Assembly (NCBI GenBank): GCA_965222605.1
Contig: OZ244960.1
Coordinates: 96,001 to 160,000 of the forward strand
Length of the DNA stretch: 64,000 bases
Reading direction: 5' to 3'
DNA from: Candidatus Latescibacterota bacterium
GTDB lineage: Bacteria; Latescibacterota; UBA2968
This document shows, piece after piece, positions 19,621 to 30,143 of the stretch (position 1 is its first letter; each line of letters opens with the position of its first letter). The position numbers and the translations under genes were made by a program. The notes beneath the pieces are model-generated. The model worked only from the letters and a program-made list of their open reading frames with translations, was not told the origin of the DNA and did not search any database.

Positions 19621-19675
19621 AGACGATACCTCGTCTTTTTTTCCCATACCTCGCCTTTTAGACGATACCTCGTCT
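19621..19675. promoter_or_regulatory. Repeated palindromes, probable bEBP upstream activating sites
   Basis: AGACGA-TACC-TCGTCT at 19621 and 19660, with a degenerate middle copy at 19641; about -120 to -180 from the sigma54 start, AT-rich spacer. Confidence 0.65.
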
Positions 19676-19915
19676 TTAATGTTGAAGCTATGTTGGGAAT
19701 AGCCGGAACTGGAAGGTCGGCAAGTCGTCCTAAAGGGTAGCTAATCTTTCATAAAAGGAGAATTTCATGCATATACCTTTATTGCTTTAATCCACCCCGC
19801 TACCCCTGAGATGGACAGGATCAGGATACAGGTACCCGTGGTATTGTTCTCACTGCCCTCAATTTAGCGGATTACCGCAGCGCCCAGCCATTTAAAAAGA
19901 AAAGGGAATATTGGG

Positions 19916-20383
19916 ATGCAACAGAAATTCATGGGCAGAGCCATAGAGCTCTCGCGAGTTTATATGAGGGCGGGAGAAGGCGGCCCATTCGGTGCGGTTA
20001 TCGTCAAGGATGGAAGAATTATTTCGGAGGGGTATAATGAGGTGGTCTCCAGCAAAGACCCCACAGCCCATGCGGAGATCATGGCCATCAGAAAGGCGGC
20101 ATTCAAGCTCGACACCTTCCACCTCGTGGGATGCGAAATCTACACCAGTTGCGAACCCTGTCCCATGTGTCTCGCCGCCATCTACTGGGCCAGGATCGAG
20201 AAAATTTATTTCGCCAATACTGCTAAAGACGCCAGAAATATTGGCTTTGACGACAAAGCCTTTTACCGGGAATTGCAACTGCCGTGGGCCAAACGCCAAA
20301 TCCCCTCCCAGCAATTGCTACGCGACCAGGCGTTAGCGGTCTTCATGGAATGGCAGGAAAAGGTAGATCGCATTGAGTACTAG
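19916..20383 (+). CDS. guaD: Guanine deaminase (CDA-fold nucleoside deaminase)
   Basis: GGPFGAVIV, DPTAHAEI, SCEPCPMC, GFDD, C-terminal Y. Confidence 0.88.
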   Translation: MQQKFMGRAIELSRVYMRAGEGGPFGAVIVKDGRIISEGYNEVVSSKDPTAHAEIMAIRKAAFKLDTFHLVGCEIYTSCEPCPMCLAAIYWARIEKIYFANTAKDARNIGFDDKAFYRELQLPWAKRQIPSQQLLRDQALAVFMEWQEKVDRIEY

Positions 20384-20488
20384 AGCAACTTGAGAACTTT
20401 ACACTTTGCACATTCCCTCAAAAGCGATACTTTAAGCGAGAAACAGATGGGTTGAGCAGACTGACCACTGACCACTACTACTCACCGC

Positions 20489-21586
20489 ATGAATGATATT
20501 GTAATCTATTCTGCCACAAGCCTTTGCGCTGTGTACTTCATGTTGATCGCCATTTTTTTATTCGGCCTTTTTCGCAGATCGCGGCCATTAGATGCCCGGC
20601 GTCTATCTGTTTCCGTTGTTGTGCCTGCTCGCAATGAAGCCGCCAACATCGATGCGTGTTTGCAGGCATTGGCCACACAGACCTATCCTGACAACCTTCT
20701 GGAAATTATCGTCGTAGATGACCGCTCCACCGATGATACCGCCGCACGAATCGATCAATGGACGCGCCGTTTGCCCAACCTGAGTCGCGTATCTGTCACA
20801 CGGCAGAACTACGCTTGTCCCAAAAAAAATGCCCTGTGGCAGGGCATCAAACACGCGCGTGGAGATATTATTTTTACAACAGACGCCGATTGTCAGCCCG
20901 GGCCCAATTGGATAGCCTCAACCCTCGCTTACTTTGCGCCCGATGTCGGCATGGTCATCGGCTACGCCCCCCTCTTGAAAAGCGAAAAAGTCCTATCAGG
21001 CCTGCTATCTCTCCAGGCACTCATCGTCTCAACTCTCGCAGCAGGCAGCGCTGGCATTGGATTTTCGCTCACCTGTTCGGGGCGCAACATGGCCTACCGC
21101 AGAAAAGCTTTTGATGAGGTCAACGGCTTTAACGACATCGGCCATATCATCGGCGGCGACGATGTGTTGCTCATGCGGCAGGTCGCACAAAAAAGCGCGT
21201 GGAAAATTCGATTCAACTCAGACGCCGATGCATTTGTCCCCTCGGCATCTCATCCCGACAATCTCATCAATCGACAGGTGCGCTATCAATCTAAAACCAT
21301 CCACTACGGCATTCCCACCTTGATTCTGGCTCTTGCGGTGTATATATTCCATGTCATTCTGGCGACGCTGCCCATTCTGTTCTGGCTCAACGCAGAATTA
21401 TTTTATGCGGTCGGCTTTTGCCTGGCGATGAAAATAATCGCTGACGCCGCTTTTTTGCTCTTCGGCAGTATCCGGTTCAAAAGCCTGAAATTGCTCCTGT
21501 GGTTTCCTGTTCTCGAAATCCTGATCATTCCCTATATTGTCATCATCTGTGCGCTCGGCACATTTTCACCATTCAAATGGAAATAA
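20489..21586 (+). CDS. Membrane glycosyltransferase family 2
   Basis: VVVPARNE, VDDRSTDDT, TDADC, GGDDVLL; C-terminal TMs. Confidence 0.9.
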   Translation: MNDIVIYSATSLCAVYFMLIAIFLFGLFRRSRPLDARRLSVSVVVPARNEAANIDACLQALATQTYPDNLLEIIVVDDRSTDDTAARIDQWTRRLPNLSRVSVTRQNYACPKKNALWQGIKHARGDIIFTTDADCQPGPNWIASTLAYFAPDVGMVIGYAPLLKSEKVLSGLLSLQALIVSTLAAGSAGIGFSLTCSGRNMAYRRKAFDEVNGFNDIGHIIGGDDVLLMRQVAQKSAWKIRFNSDADAFVPSASHPDNLINRQVRYQSKTIHYGIPTLILALAVYIFHVILATLPILFWLNAELFYAVGFCLAMKIIADAAFLLFGSIRFKSLKLLLWFPVLEILIIPYIVIICALGTFSPFKWK

Positions 21587-21587
21587 T

Positions 21588-22646
21588 ATGTTATCAATCA
21601 AACTGCTGCCCGAAATCTTCGTGCGATACCATCGTGCAATCACACCCCGGCGGATATGGAATGCCTCAAAAGTAGTCGCGTCCTACGTCCTCTCCAATCT
21701 GTTTCGGCGGGATATTCGCATGGGCAAACCCTTTGTACTCATGGTCGAACCCACCAATTTCTGCAACCTCAAATGTCCGCTCTGTCCCTCTGGCAATGGC
21801 GACATGACCCGCGAGCGCGGTATTATGCCGTTTGAACACTTCAAGCATATCTTTGAGCAACAGGCCGATCACCTTCTGCTCCTCATGTTGTGGAATCAGG
21901 GCGAACCCTTTATCAACAAGCATCTCACCGACATGATCCGATTGGCCTCCGCGCACAATGTCCCCACACTGACCAGCACCAATGTCCACTACATCAAAAA
22001 CCGGGAAACTGCCCGAGATATCGTCGATTCCGGCCTGTCCGAACTCGTGGTTTCTCTGGATGGCGTCACACCCGAAAGCTATGTCAAATATCGCGTGGGA
22101 GGTAATTTTGATCGCGTGCTCAACGGCATCCGTCTGCTCGTTCAGGCCAAACGCGATCTGCAAAGCAACTATCCCCTGATCCACCTGCAATTCATCATCA
22201 TGAAACACAACGAGCACGAAATTGAAGCTGCGCGCAAACTCGCTCGGGATCTCTGCGTGGATCGCCTCTCGCTCAAAACAGCCCAGGTATATACCGAATC
22301 TGATGTAGAGACCTTCTTGCCTTCTGACGAAAAATTCAGCCGCTACGATTACGATGCAGACCATCTCGCGACCAAAAGCAAAATCAGCAACACCTGTCGG
22401 CATCTTTGGTACAGCACAGTCATCAATTGGGACGGCGCAGTATCGCCTTGTTGCTTTGACAAAGATGTTCACTACGGCCTCGGCGATGCCCTCAATGAAT
22501 CGGACTTCGACCAGATTTGGACCGGTCAAAAATACACGGACTTCCGCAATGCCATCCTCAAAGACCGCAAATCTGTCCCAATATGCAACAACTGTTCAGA
22601 AGGCGTAAAAGGCATGTTTTACGATATAGAAAAGGTCGAGCACTGA
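21588..22646 (+). CDS. Radical SAM protein with SPASM/Twitch domain
   Basis: CNLKCPLC, NQGEP, C.HLW...WDG.VSPCCFD, CNNC. Confidence 0.92.
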   Translation: MLSIKLLPEIFVRYHRAITPRRIWNASKVVASYVLSNLFRRDIRMGKPFVLMVEPTNFCNLKCPLCPSGNGDMTRERGIMPFEHFKHIFEQQADHLLLLMLWNQGEPFINKHLTDMIRLASAHNVPTLTSTNVHYIKNRETARDIVDSGLSELVVSLDGVTPESYVKYRVGGNFDRVLNGIRLLVQAKRDLQSNYPLIHLQFIIMKHNEHEIEAARKLARDLCVDRLSLKTAQVYTESDVETFLPSDEKFSRYDYDADHLATKSKISNTCRHLWYSTVINWDGAVSPCCFDKDVHYGLGDALNESDFDQIWTGQKYTDFRNAILKDRKSVPICNNCSEGVKGMFYDIEKVEH

Positions 22647-22653
22647 TAAAACT

Positions 22654-23775
22654 ATGGATATCGTCCTTCCCTTATTGCTGCTCTTTACAGTTCTCTACAC
22701 CCTCGTCGCGCTGTGTTTTTTTTTCGGATTATTCCGCCTGAACAACCAGCCACGCACTGCTAAAACGCCATTTATATCTATCGTTATTGCCGCGCGCAAT
22801 GAAGCGGATTATATCGGCAAATGCCTCGATTCCCTAAAACAACAGACCTATCCATCCGACCGATTTGAAATCCTCGTCGTTGACGACGACTCGACAGATA
22901 ATACATCCCAAATTGTCGCCTCCACGCACCTGGACAATCTCCGCCTTTTGTCAGTCGATAATAGCTTTCCAAAAATGGCGGCAAAAAAACGTCCGATGTC
23001 CGTTGGCATTCACCGCGCGCGGGGCGAATGGATCCTCACCACCGATGCCGACTGCACAGTGCCACCTACCTGGGTCGCCAGCATGGCGTCTTATATGGCG
23101 GCTGATATCGGCGTTGTCATAGGATTTTCGCAACTTAAAATGACTTCACGCTCATTTTTCAACCGCTTGCAGGCTTATGATTTTCTCACTCTCATGGCGG
23201 CGGCGGCTGGTGCTGCCGGATTGGGCATGCCTCTTGCTGCTTCGGGACAAAATTTCGCTTATCGTAAATGTCTCTTTGAAAAAGTGGGCGGTTTCCGCGA
23301 CATCGCACACCGCCCGTCTGGCGATGATGTGCTATTGCTCCAGTTGCTGCGCCAGGCATGGGATGGGCGCATCGCTTTTGCCGCTGATCCCGGCGCTTAT
23401 GCAACCACCCATCGCCCAGAAACACCGTCATCGCTGTGGCAGCAACGCAAACGGTGGGCATCTAACGCCGCGTATCAACTGCGTCTCAACCCCATTTTTT
23501 TTTCTTATATTGCGGTGGTCTTTTTCATCAACGTGCTCATCCCCGCTGCTTTTGTCATCTCAATAACAGATGGCACATATACACTACCTCTGATCTGCTG
23601 GGGCGCGAAAATACTGGTAGATCTACTCGTGGTGGGAAAAGGCATCCATACCTTCAAGCGCATTGACCTGCTCATCATGTTTCCATTCTGGGAGATCGTG
23701 CAAATCCCCTACACCATTCTCATCGGCCTCGCGGGAACCCTGCGTGGATTCGCGTGGAAAGGCCGAGAACATTGA
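22654..23775 (+). CDS. Membrane glycosyltransferase family 2
   Basis: IAARNE, TDADC, SGDDVLL, QRKRW. Confidence 0.92.
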   Translation: MDIVLPLLLLFTVLYTLVALCFFFGLFRLNNQPRTAKTPFISIVIAARNEADYIGKCLDSLKQQTYPSDRFEILVVDDDSTDNTSQIVASTHLDNLRLLSVDNSFPKMAAKKRPMSVGIHRARGEWILTTDADCTVPPTWVASMASYMAADIGVVIGFSQLKMTSRSFFNRLQAYDFLTLMAAAAGAAGLGMPLAASGQNFAYRKCLFEKVGGFRDIAHRPSGDDVLLLQLLRQAWDGRIAFAADPGAYATTHRPETPSSLWQQRKRWASNAAYQLRLNPIFFSYIAVVFFINVLIPAAFVISITDGTYTLPLICWGAKILVDLLVVGKGIHTFKRIDLLIMFPFWEIVQIPYTILIGLAGTLRGFAWKGREH

Positions 23776-23789
23776 TATAGAGGTACCTT

Positions 23790-24911
23790 ATGACCGCCAA
23801 AATCCTTTTCTGTCTCCTCAGCCTGCTGCTCGCCCTGCCGTCCCATGCACAACGCCCGCGTGCCCGGGATCTGGGCATTGAAATTGGCACATTGCCCACG
23901 GGACAATACAACGCCATCACCGATGTCAAAGGCGTTCTTGTGGGTCACATTACCTTAATCGAAGGCAGCGGCAAACTCGTCGTGGGCAAAGGTCCCGTGC
24001 GAACGGGTGTCACAGCCATCGTTCCGCACGACGAGGACATCTATCGAAATAACGTATTCGCCGCAGCCGAAGCCCTCAATGGTAACGGTGAAATGACGGG
24101 CATGGCCTGGATTAACGAACGCGGACAACTCGAAGTGCCCGTTGTACTTACGAATACGCTCTCTGTGGGCGAAGGCTACAGCGGCGTAGTCGCATACATG
24201 CTCAAACAGAGTGCGGGACGGGTCCCCCTGCCCGTGGTCGCCGAATGTTACGACGGCGGCCTCAATGATATTGCCGGGCGACACGTCACGGTTGATCACG
24301 TTGTCGAAGCGATTGAAACCGCAAAAAGCGGCGCAGTGCCCGAAGGCTCGGTCGGTGCAGGCACGGGAATGCGCGCATATCAGTTCAAAGCAGGCATCGG
24401 CACGGCCTCGCGCGTTGTCCCAGATGGACATACCGTAGGCGTGCTCGTCAATGCCAACTGTGGACGCAGACCGAAACTTACCATTGCCGGCGTTCCCGTA
24501 GGACGCGAATTACCCGTTCAGGCCTCCCCCACGCGCGATGGATCAATCATTGTGGTCATAGCCACGGATGCCCCTCTGGTGCCACATCAATTGCGCCGCC
24601 TGTGCAAACGCGCTGCCCTGGGCATTGGTCGCACGGGCACTGTTTCCCGCACCAGCAGTGGTGATTTTGCCATTGCCTTTTCAACCGCCTATCGCCTATC
24701 TCGCTCCCGTGCCGACCGCGATACAATTACCACACTACGCGATGGCCGGCTAAACGCTATTTTCCAGGCCACCATTGAAGCCACCGAAGAAGCCATTGTC
24801 AACGCCATGTGCGTGGCAGAACCCATGACGGGCCGAGACAACCGCACAATGCCCGCTTTGCCGCATGACAAATTGATCGAAGTGCTTCAAAAATACGGTC
24901 GCATAAAATAA
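23790..24911 (+). CDS. DmpA-like P1/S58 aminopeptidase with signal peptide
   Basis: RPRARDLG, NAITDV.GV.VGH, EGSVGAGTGM, DG/SII autocleavage site, SGDFAIAFST. Confidence 0.9.
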   Translation: MTAKILFCLLSLLLALPSHAQRPRARDLGIEIGTLPTGQYNAITDVKGVLVGHITLIEGSGKLVVGKGPVRTGVTAIVPHDEDIYRNNVFAAAEALNGNGEMTGMAWINERGQLEVPVVLTNTLSVGEGYSGVVAYMLKQSAGRVPLPVVAECYDGGLNDIAGRHVTVDHVVEAIETAKSGAVPEGSVGAGTGMRAYQFKAGIGTASRVVPDGHTVGVLVNANCGRRPKLTIAGVPVGRELPVQASPTRDGSIIVVIATDAPLVPHQLRRLCKRAALGIGRTGTVSRTSSGDFAIAFSTAYRLSRSRADRDTITTLRDGRLNAIFQATIEATEEAIVNAMCVAEPMTGRDNRTMPALPHDKLIEVLQKYGRIK

Positions 24912-24923
24912 ACGAGGTGATCT

Positions 24924-26399
24924 ATGTCTCAAACCCCCATCATCATTGGCCTTTGCGCCTATGTTCTGGTCACCCTATTGGTCGGCGTCTATGCCGGCAG
25001 GCGCGTCAAAGATTCCGCCGATTTTGTCGTTGCGGGTCGGCGGCTGGGCATCTGGCTGGCCACAGGCACGCTTTCTGCTACCTGGTTTGGCACGGGCACA
25101 GTGCTCGGCGCGGCAGGTGCGGCTTACAAAGGGGGCTTTTTAGCCGTCATTGCCGATCCTTTTGGCGCCGCCCTGTGTCTATTTCTCGCGGGTCTGTTTT
25201 ACGTGCGGATGATGCGGCGCATGGGCGTTTCAACCATTGCCGAATTTTTTGAACGGAGATTTGGCAAAACAGCCGGTGTGATCGCTGCTGCATGTACGAT
25301 TCCGGCTTATATCGGCTGGGTTGCATCGCTGATGGTGGGATTTGGAAAAATTATCCACGCGGTCACGGGATTAGATGCGGTATTGGGTACCTGCCTCGGT
25401 GCTGCGATTGTGCTGATCTATACAACCGTAGGCGGCATGTGGGCGGTGACGCTGACAGACTTTATCCAGGTGACTGTCTTAACCCTGGGGCTGATCTTCA
25501 TGACACCTATTCTCTTAAGCGACATGGGGGGATGGGCCGCCATTCGAGCGCAACTGCCCGATGATCAATTTTATCTCTATCCCCGCGATGCGGATATGAC
25601 CACCTGGTTTAACTATGCGCGTGCCTGGTTGGTAATTGGCCTGGGCAATCTCGCCGGACAGGACCTTTTGCAACGCAGCCTATCCAGCCGAAACGAGTCC
25701 GTCGCCCAACACAGTGCGTATCTCTCTGGTATTATTTATCTGACCGTAGGCCTCTTGCCCGTTTTTCTGGGCATTGCAGCCACCCTCACATTTCCCAATC
25801 TGGCTGACCCCGAGCAGGTGATGATGAAACTTGCCGAAACTTATCTTCCCCCACTCGGCATGGCTGTTTTTATCGGTGCTTTGATCTCTGCATTGATGAG
25901 CAGTGCCGACAGCGCCTTGCTCGCCCCCGCCAGCGTGATCGGCAACGATCTGATCCGCTACCTGCGCCCCGATATTGACGCCCGAACCCAACTTCGCCTG
26001 TGCCGCCTGAGTGTCCCCATCCTCGGCGTCATCGCGCTTTATCTCGCCCTTTCCCACGACACGGTTTATACGCTGATGGTCGATTCCTGGTCCATCTTAT
26101 TGGCGACCCTTTTTGTGCCCCTCACTGCGGGTATCTGGTGGCCTAAAGCCAATCGCTCTGGCGCGCTCTGGTCGATGATTTCAGGAGCTATCGCCTATCT
26201 CATCCTGCTTCAAATCGCGCCAGATCACCCCGCCGACCTCCTCGCAGTACCCATCGGCCTTCTCGCACTTGTCATCATAACCAAAGCGACCACAAAAACA
26301 GATCCACCCTTGCCCTTGAGCGATACGTCAGGAACACCTCTCCCTTATGACAATCGCCTGGGTGCGCTAAATCCGCTTCGACCTGCATCTGACAAGTAA
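24924..26399 (+). CDS. Sodium:solute symporter family protein
   Basis: DFVVAGRRL, YTTVGGMWAVTLTDFIQ, SALMSSADS. Confidence 0.92.
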   Translation: MSQTPIIIGLCAYVLVTLLVGVYAGRRVKDSADFVVAGRRLGIWLATGTLSATWFGTGTVLGAAGAAYKGGFLAVIADPFGAALCLFLAGLFYVRMMRRMGVSTIAEFFERRFGKTAGVIAAACTIPAYIGWVASLMVGFGKIIHAVTGLDAVLGTCLGAAIVLIYTTVGGMWAVTLTDFIQVTVLTLGLIFMTPILLSDMGGWAAIRAQLPDDQFYLYPRDADMTTWFNYARAWLVIGLGNLAGQDLLQRSLSSRNESVAQHSAYLSGIIYLTVGLLPVFLGIAATLTFPNLADPEQVMMKLAETYLPPLGMAVFIGALISALMSSADSALLAPASVIGNDLIRYLRPDIDARTQLRLCRLSVPILGVIALYLALSHDTVYTLMVDSWSILLATLFVPLTAGIWWPKANRSGALWSMISGAIAYLILLQIAPDHPADLLAVPIGLLALVIITKATTKTDPPLPLSDTSGTPLPYDNRLGALNPLRPASDK

Positions 26400-26624
26400 A
26401 TTCACGGTTGCAAAAACGAAGTTACCTTCTAAAATAGACGCACTGGCTGAAGATTATGGGCGTAAGAGATGGGAGATTGAAGAAACGATCCGGTATGAAT
26501 CGGCCAGAAGTAGAAAAGCCGCTTGACCTTCCACCCGTTTTTGTAGAAATATACCTCAATTAGTAAACTGCGAGAAGTCATTGGAGGCGACTTCAATTGA
26601 TGTGCGAATAAGGAGGTTTTGACG

Positions 26625-26876
26625 ATGAAACATCCACACTGGACACAAGCTGATTCACACAAGGCCAAACAAATCTGGGAAGAATACAAAAAGCAGCATA
26701 ATCTCTCGGACCGAATTGGACAAACAGCGGGAATTGATCCGAAAAGTAGGCGCATTTGGTTTGGCTCTTCGATTAGAGATATTGTTCTCCAAAGAAACAC
26801 TAAAGGATTGAATTCTCCTCTTTTCTTTCAACGAGTTGGATCTGAAACCTATTTTCGTAAAGGAGTTCGTCGGTGA
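26625..26876 (+). CDS. Small hypothetical protein (DUF5678-like)
   Basis: AGGAGG RBS; 83 aa; GIDP...IWFG...RVG pattern; translationally coupled to the next remnant. Confidence 0.6.
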   Translation: MKHPHWTQADSHKAKQIWEEYKKQHNLSDRIGQTAGIDPKSRRIWFGSSIRDIVLQRNTKGLNSPLFFQRVGSETYFRKGVRR

Positions 26877-26965
26877 TTCACGGAATGGTTTCGGCTGATG
26901 GGGTACCGAAAATCACACTTTGGCAAAATCCTTGTCCTAAAAAAAACAAAGGCGCAGTTCCATAA
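26873..26965 (+). pseudogene. Truncated start of a probable retropepsin-like aspartic protease gene
   Basis: GTGA overlap; MIHGMVSADGVPKITL then runs into a terminator before any DTG motif. Confidence 0.4.
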
Positions 26966-26992
26966 TAAATGAACTCCGCCTTTTCTATTTTT
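26949..26992. terminator. Probable bidirectional terminator
   Basis: AAGGCGCAGTTC...GAACTCCGCCTT flanked by A- and T-runs between convergent genes. Confidence 0.55.
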
Positions 26993-27006
26993 ATGTGAGC
27001 AAAACA

Positions 27007-27765
27007 TCACCCCGCCCGAATCCGGTTGATCTTGCTCGCTGCGACACCCGCGCCAAATCCGTTGTCGATATTGACTACGGTCACACCCGACGCGCAACTG
27101 TTCAACATGCCCAGCAATGCTGCTAAACCGTTGAAACTCGCCCCGTATCCCACACTGGTTGGCACAGCAATAAGCGGCACATTGACCAGGCCACCAACCA
27201 CGCTGGGCAGTGCCCCTTCCATTCCGGCCACCACGATAATTACACTCGCATCCGATAGGCGTTCTCGGCACGCCAGCAAACGGTGAATCCCGGCAACCCC
27301 CACATCGTAAAGCGTTTCGACCTTATTGCCCATCACCCGCGCGGTTTCCACGGCTTCTTCTGCCACGGGCAAATCGGATGTCCCTGCGGACACAACCAGA
27401 ATTTTTCCCACAGTTTCCGCAGCGGGAATCTCTCCTGCGACCACCAACGTACGAGCGAGCGCGTTGACATTTGCCTCGGGATATCTTGCGACCAGAGCAT
27501 CTCGCATCTCTGCATTTGTCCGCGTCGCCAGCAGTGCCGCGCCCGATGACACGATGCGGTCTGCTATGGCAATCACTTGCTCAACCGTCTTTCCCTCGCA
27601 AAAAATAACTTCGGGAAACCCCTGTCTGAGCGTGCGGTGATGGTCAATGCGCGCAAAACCAAGCTCTTCAAATGGCAAATGCGCGAGGTGTGCAAACGCC
27701 TCATCCACATCTGTTTGCCCCTGTGCAACAGCCTCTAACAACGCGCGTATGCGTTCAGGTGTCAC
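27007..27765 (-). CDS. larB: Nickel pincer cofactor biosynthesis protein LarB
   Basis: [60 protein letters not shown]. Confidence 0.93.
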   Translation of the reverse strand: MTPERIRALLEAVAQGQTDVDEAFAHLAHLPFEELGFARIDHHRTLRQGFPEVIFCEGKTVEQVIAIADRIVSSGAALLATRTNAEMRDALVARYPEANVNALARTLVVAGEIPAAETVGKILVVSAGTSDLPVAEEAVETARVMGNKVETLYDVGVAGIHRLLACRERLSDASVIIVVAGMEGALPSVVGGLVNVPLIAVPTSVGYGASFNGLAALLGMLNSCASGVTVVNIDNGFGAGVAASKINRIRAG

Positions 27766-28742
27766 GCCGCCACCTCCGCTTTGATCTGCGCCAGCAAATC
27801 CATGAGATGATTTGGATCGTCTTCTGTCATCAACGTGCGGCGATAACGCGCTGCGCCGGGCACCCCCTTGATATATGCCGCGAGATGGCGACGCATTTCC
27901 AGAACGCCATAACGCAAGCCCTTAAACGCGATAGACGCCTTGAGATGATGCACAGCCATTTCGAGGCGATCTCCATCCGTCGGTTCGGGCAATAATTCTC
28001 CCCTATTCAGAAAGACTTCCATGCGCTTGAATAGCCATGGATTGCCAATAGCCCATCGCCCCACCATCACCAGATCACAACCCGTTTTCTGCATCATCTC
28101 CTTTGCGGCCTCTGGCCCGCGCACATCGCCATTGCCAATTACGGGAATCGAAACCGCGTTTTTGACTTCCGCGATAATATCCCAGTCCGCGCGGCCCGCA
28201 AATTTTGCCTCGCGCGTGCGCCCATGCACGGCAATTGCCGCTGCACCAGAATCTTCAGCAATTCGCGCAACTTCCACTGCCTGATTGGCTTGCGCCCATC
28301 CACTTCTAATTTTTAGCGTCACGGGAATATCCACGGCTCGCACCATTGCGGCAATGATCTGTCCCAATCTTTCAGGTGTATTGAGCAGAGCAGCACCCGC
28401 ATTTCGCGTCACAATTTTTTTTACCGGGCACCCGCAGTTGATGTCGATAATATCCGGATTTCGCTCTGCCACAACCCGAGCACCTTCGGCCATGACCTCG
28501 GGTTCTGAACCGAACAACTGCGCGGAAATCGGAAACTCATCGGCCTCAAAATCGAGATATTGATTCGACCGTTCACTGCCGTCGGCCAGCCCCTTGGCAC
28601 TGACCATCTCTGTAACCGCAAAGCTCGCACCCTGTTGCCGGCACAGCATGCGAAACGACCGGTCTGTAATACCAGCCAATGGCGCCAGTGCTGTACGCCC
28701 GGGAATATTTACCCCACCGATTTGTACGCCCATATCATTCAT
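27762..28742 (-). CDS. dusB: tRNA-dihydrouridine synthase B
   Basis: [38 protein letters not shown]. Confidence 0.93.
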   Translation of the reverse strand: MNDMGVQIGGVNIPGRTALAPLAGITDRSFRMLCRQQGASFAVTEMVSAKGLADGSERSNQYLDFEADEFPISAQLFGSEPEVMAEGARVVAERNPDIIDINCGCPVKKIVTRNAGAALLNTPERLGQIIAAMVRAVDIPVTLKIRSGWAQANQAVEVARIAEDSGAAAIAVHGRTREAKFAGRADWDIIAEVKNAVSIPVIGNGDVRGPEAAKEMMQKTGCDLVMVGRWAIGNPWLFKRMEVFLNRGELLPEPTDGDRLEMAVHHLKASIAFKGLRYGVLEMRRHLAAYIKGVPGAARYRRTLMTEDDPNHLMDLLAQIKAEVAA

Positions 28743-29589
28743 TCTGATAATCTTCTCGCGCCTCTAACAACACTTTCGACAATTGCTCGGCAAATTTCAC
28801 CTGACTATTGTCTTCGGGTTCATAGCCGATTTTCTTTCGCGCATTGGAGATCGTCCAGAAATTGTGCGAATTGCCGCTGATACCGTAAAAAATTTGAAAT
28901 GGGATGCCATGCTCATTTTCGATATTTTCAGCCTCAATGCTTTTCACAATCAACTGCACCTGATCCCGAATGCTCAAATACGCGCCCAAACCCCGATGCA
29001 TGCTTTTCAAATTCGTGGATTTCGCGCGATCCATATCGGTCTCGCGCGGGCCACCTATTCGAATCTGCACATTTTCCAGCTTCTTGCCGCCATTCATCAA
29101 TCCCGTTGCAAAGGTAAAGCCCAACAACTCGTATTGCGCCTTTGCCCAGCCATAATAATTATCGGAAAGCGGGTACATCTCTGGCGTCACAAATTCCTGC
29201 TTGCCCGCCCAGATCAGATTTTCGTAATAATCTGCCGCGTGATTTGAACTGATGATCACAGCGCGCCGAACATTCTCCTCCACGCACGTCTGATACACAT
29301 TGTGTGCCATATCGATGTTCGTCATCTCTGCCCAAAAGCGATCCGCCTGGTCTTTTGTCCGCACAAATCCGCAGTGGATAATCGCATCCTGCCCCCTGAA
29401 ATATTCCCGATACGCATCCCGATCCCGATTCGTCAAATCCGCAATTACCACATCGCTTACTTCCTCGCCTTCGCGATTGGTCGTCTTCACATCTAAAATC
29501 GTCAGGTCATATCGCTCGCGCAATACAGGCAACATCCGCCCGGCCACATAACCCGTACCTCCCGTAATGAGCACTTTTCTCTTTGACAT
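28735..29589 (-). CDS. NAD-dependent epimerase/dehydratase (uronate dehydrogenase-like)
   Basis: ITGGTGYV, SSNHA, YGWAK, YGISGN. Confidence 0.85.
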   Translation of the reverse strand: MSKRKVLITGGTGYVAGRMLPVLRERYDLTILDVKTTNREGEEVSDVVIADLTNRDRDAYREYFRGQDAIIHCGFVRTKDQADRFWAEMTNIDMAHNVYQTCVEENVRRAVIISSNHAADYYENLIWAGKQEFVTPEMYPLSDNYYGWAKAQYELLGFTFATGLMNGGKKLENVQIRIGGPRETDMDRAKSTNLKSMHRGLGAYLSIRDQVQLIVKSIEAENIENEHGIPFQIFYGISGNSHNFWTISNARKKIGYEPEDNSQVKFAEQLSKVLLEAREDYQNE

Positions 29590-29615
29590 ATCAGTTCCTC
29601 AAATCAATAGTTGAA

Positions 29616-30143
29616 TCACGTGCCTAACATACGATGCGCTTCAGCCCTCGCGCCATTCTGCAACCACTCAATCGGCTTTTCATTATCACACGTCGGATTT
29701 ACCCACACGATTTGCTTTAATTCCACTACCCCATCCGATGCATCCTTAAATACGCCGCGTGCGCTTCCATCCTTAGAAGTAACCAACTGATCCGTCGCAA
29801 TCGCCGCTTCGATAAGATGGACATCTTTGTCAATAATCGCCTTTTGATCCCTATGCACAGCCGCATCAATTCTATTTCGCAAATTGTTATCGCGTTCCTT
29901 AGCCTGATCAATGCGATAAACCCGCCTACGACCATACATTTGCCTACGCCACCTTCTCGAATATCTGGACAGGTGGTGATGCCATTCTGCCAGTATCGCA
30001 TCTATTATCACAACCTGGTGTCCAACATCCAACACCGTCTCTAAAAATCTCCGACACGCGCTTGAAACCGGATGCTCCGTTTCACCCGCAGAATGCACCA
30101 CATCGGCATCAATCACCAATCGCCGAGAACCCTGATTTGTCAT
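29616..30143 (-). CDS. PIN-like hypothetical protein
   Basis: LVIDADV, KDVHLIEAA, VTSKD acidic pattern; coupled to the AAA gene. Confidence 0.65.
   Translation of the reverse strand: MTNQGSRRLVIDADVVHSAGETEHPVSSACRRFLETVLDVGHQVVIIDAILAEWHHHLSRYSRRWRRQMYGRRRVYRIDQAKERDNNLRNRIDAAVHRDQKAIIDKDVHLIEAAIATDQLVTSKDGSARGVFKDASDGVVELKQIVWVNPTCDNEKPIEWLQNGARAEAHRMLGT

Noticed and set aside
19680-19915. Purine riboswitch upstream of guanine deaminase
   Set aside because: No purine aptamer consensus is visible; only an RBS followed by a 7-codon ORF (MHIPLLL) of unclear meaning.
27007-27765. Complete lactate racemase (lar) cluster
   Set aside because: Only larB is present; scattered lar genes are common.
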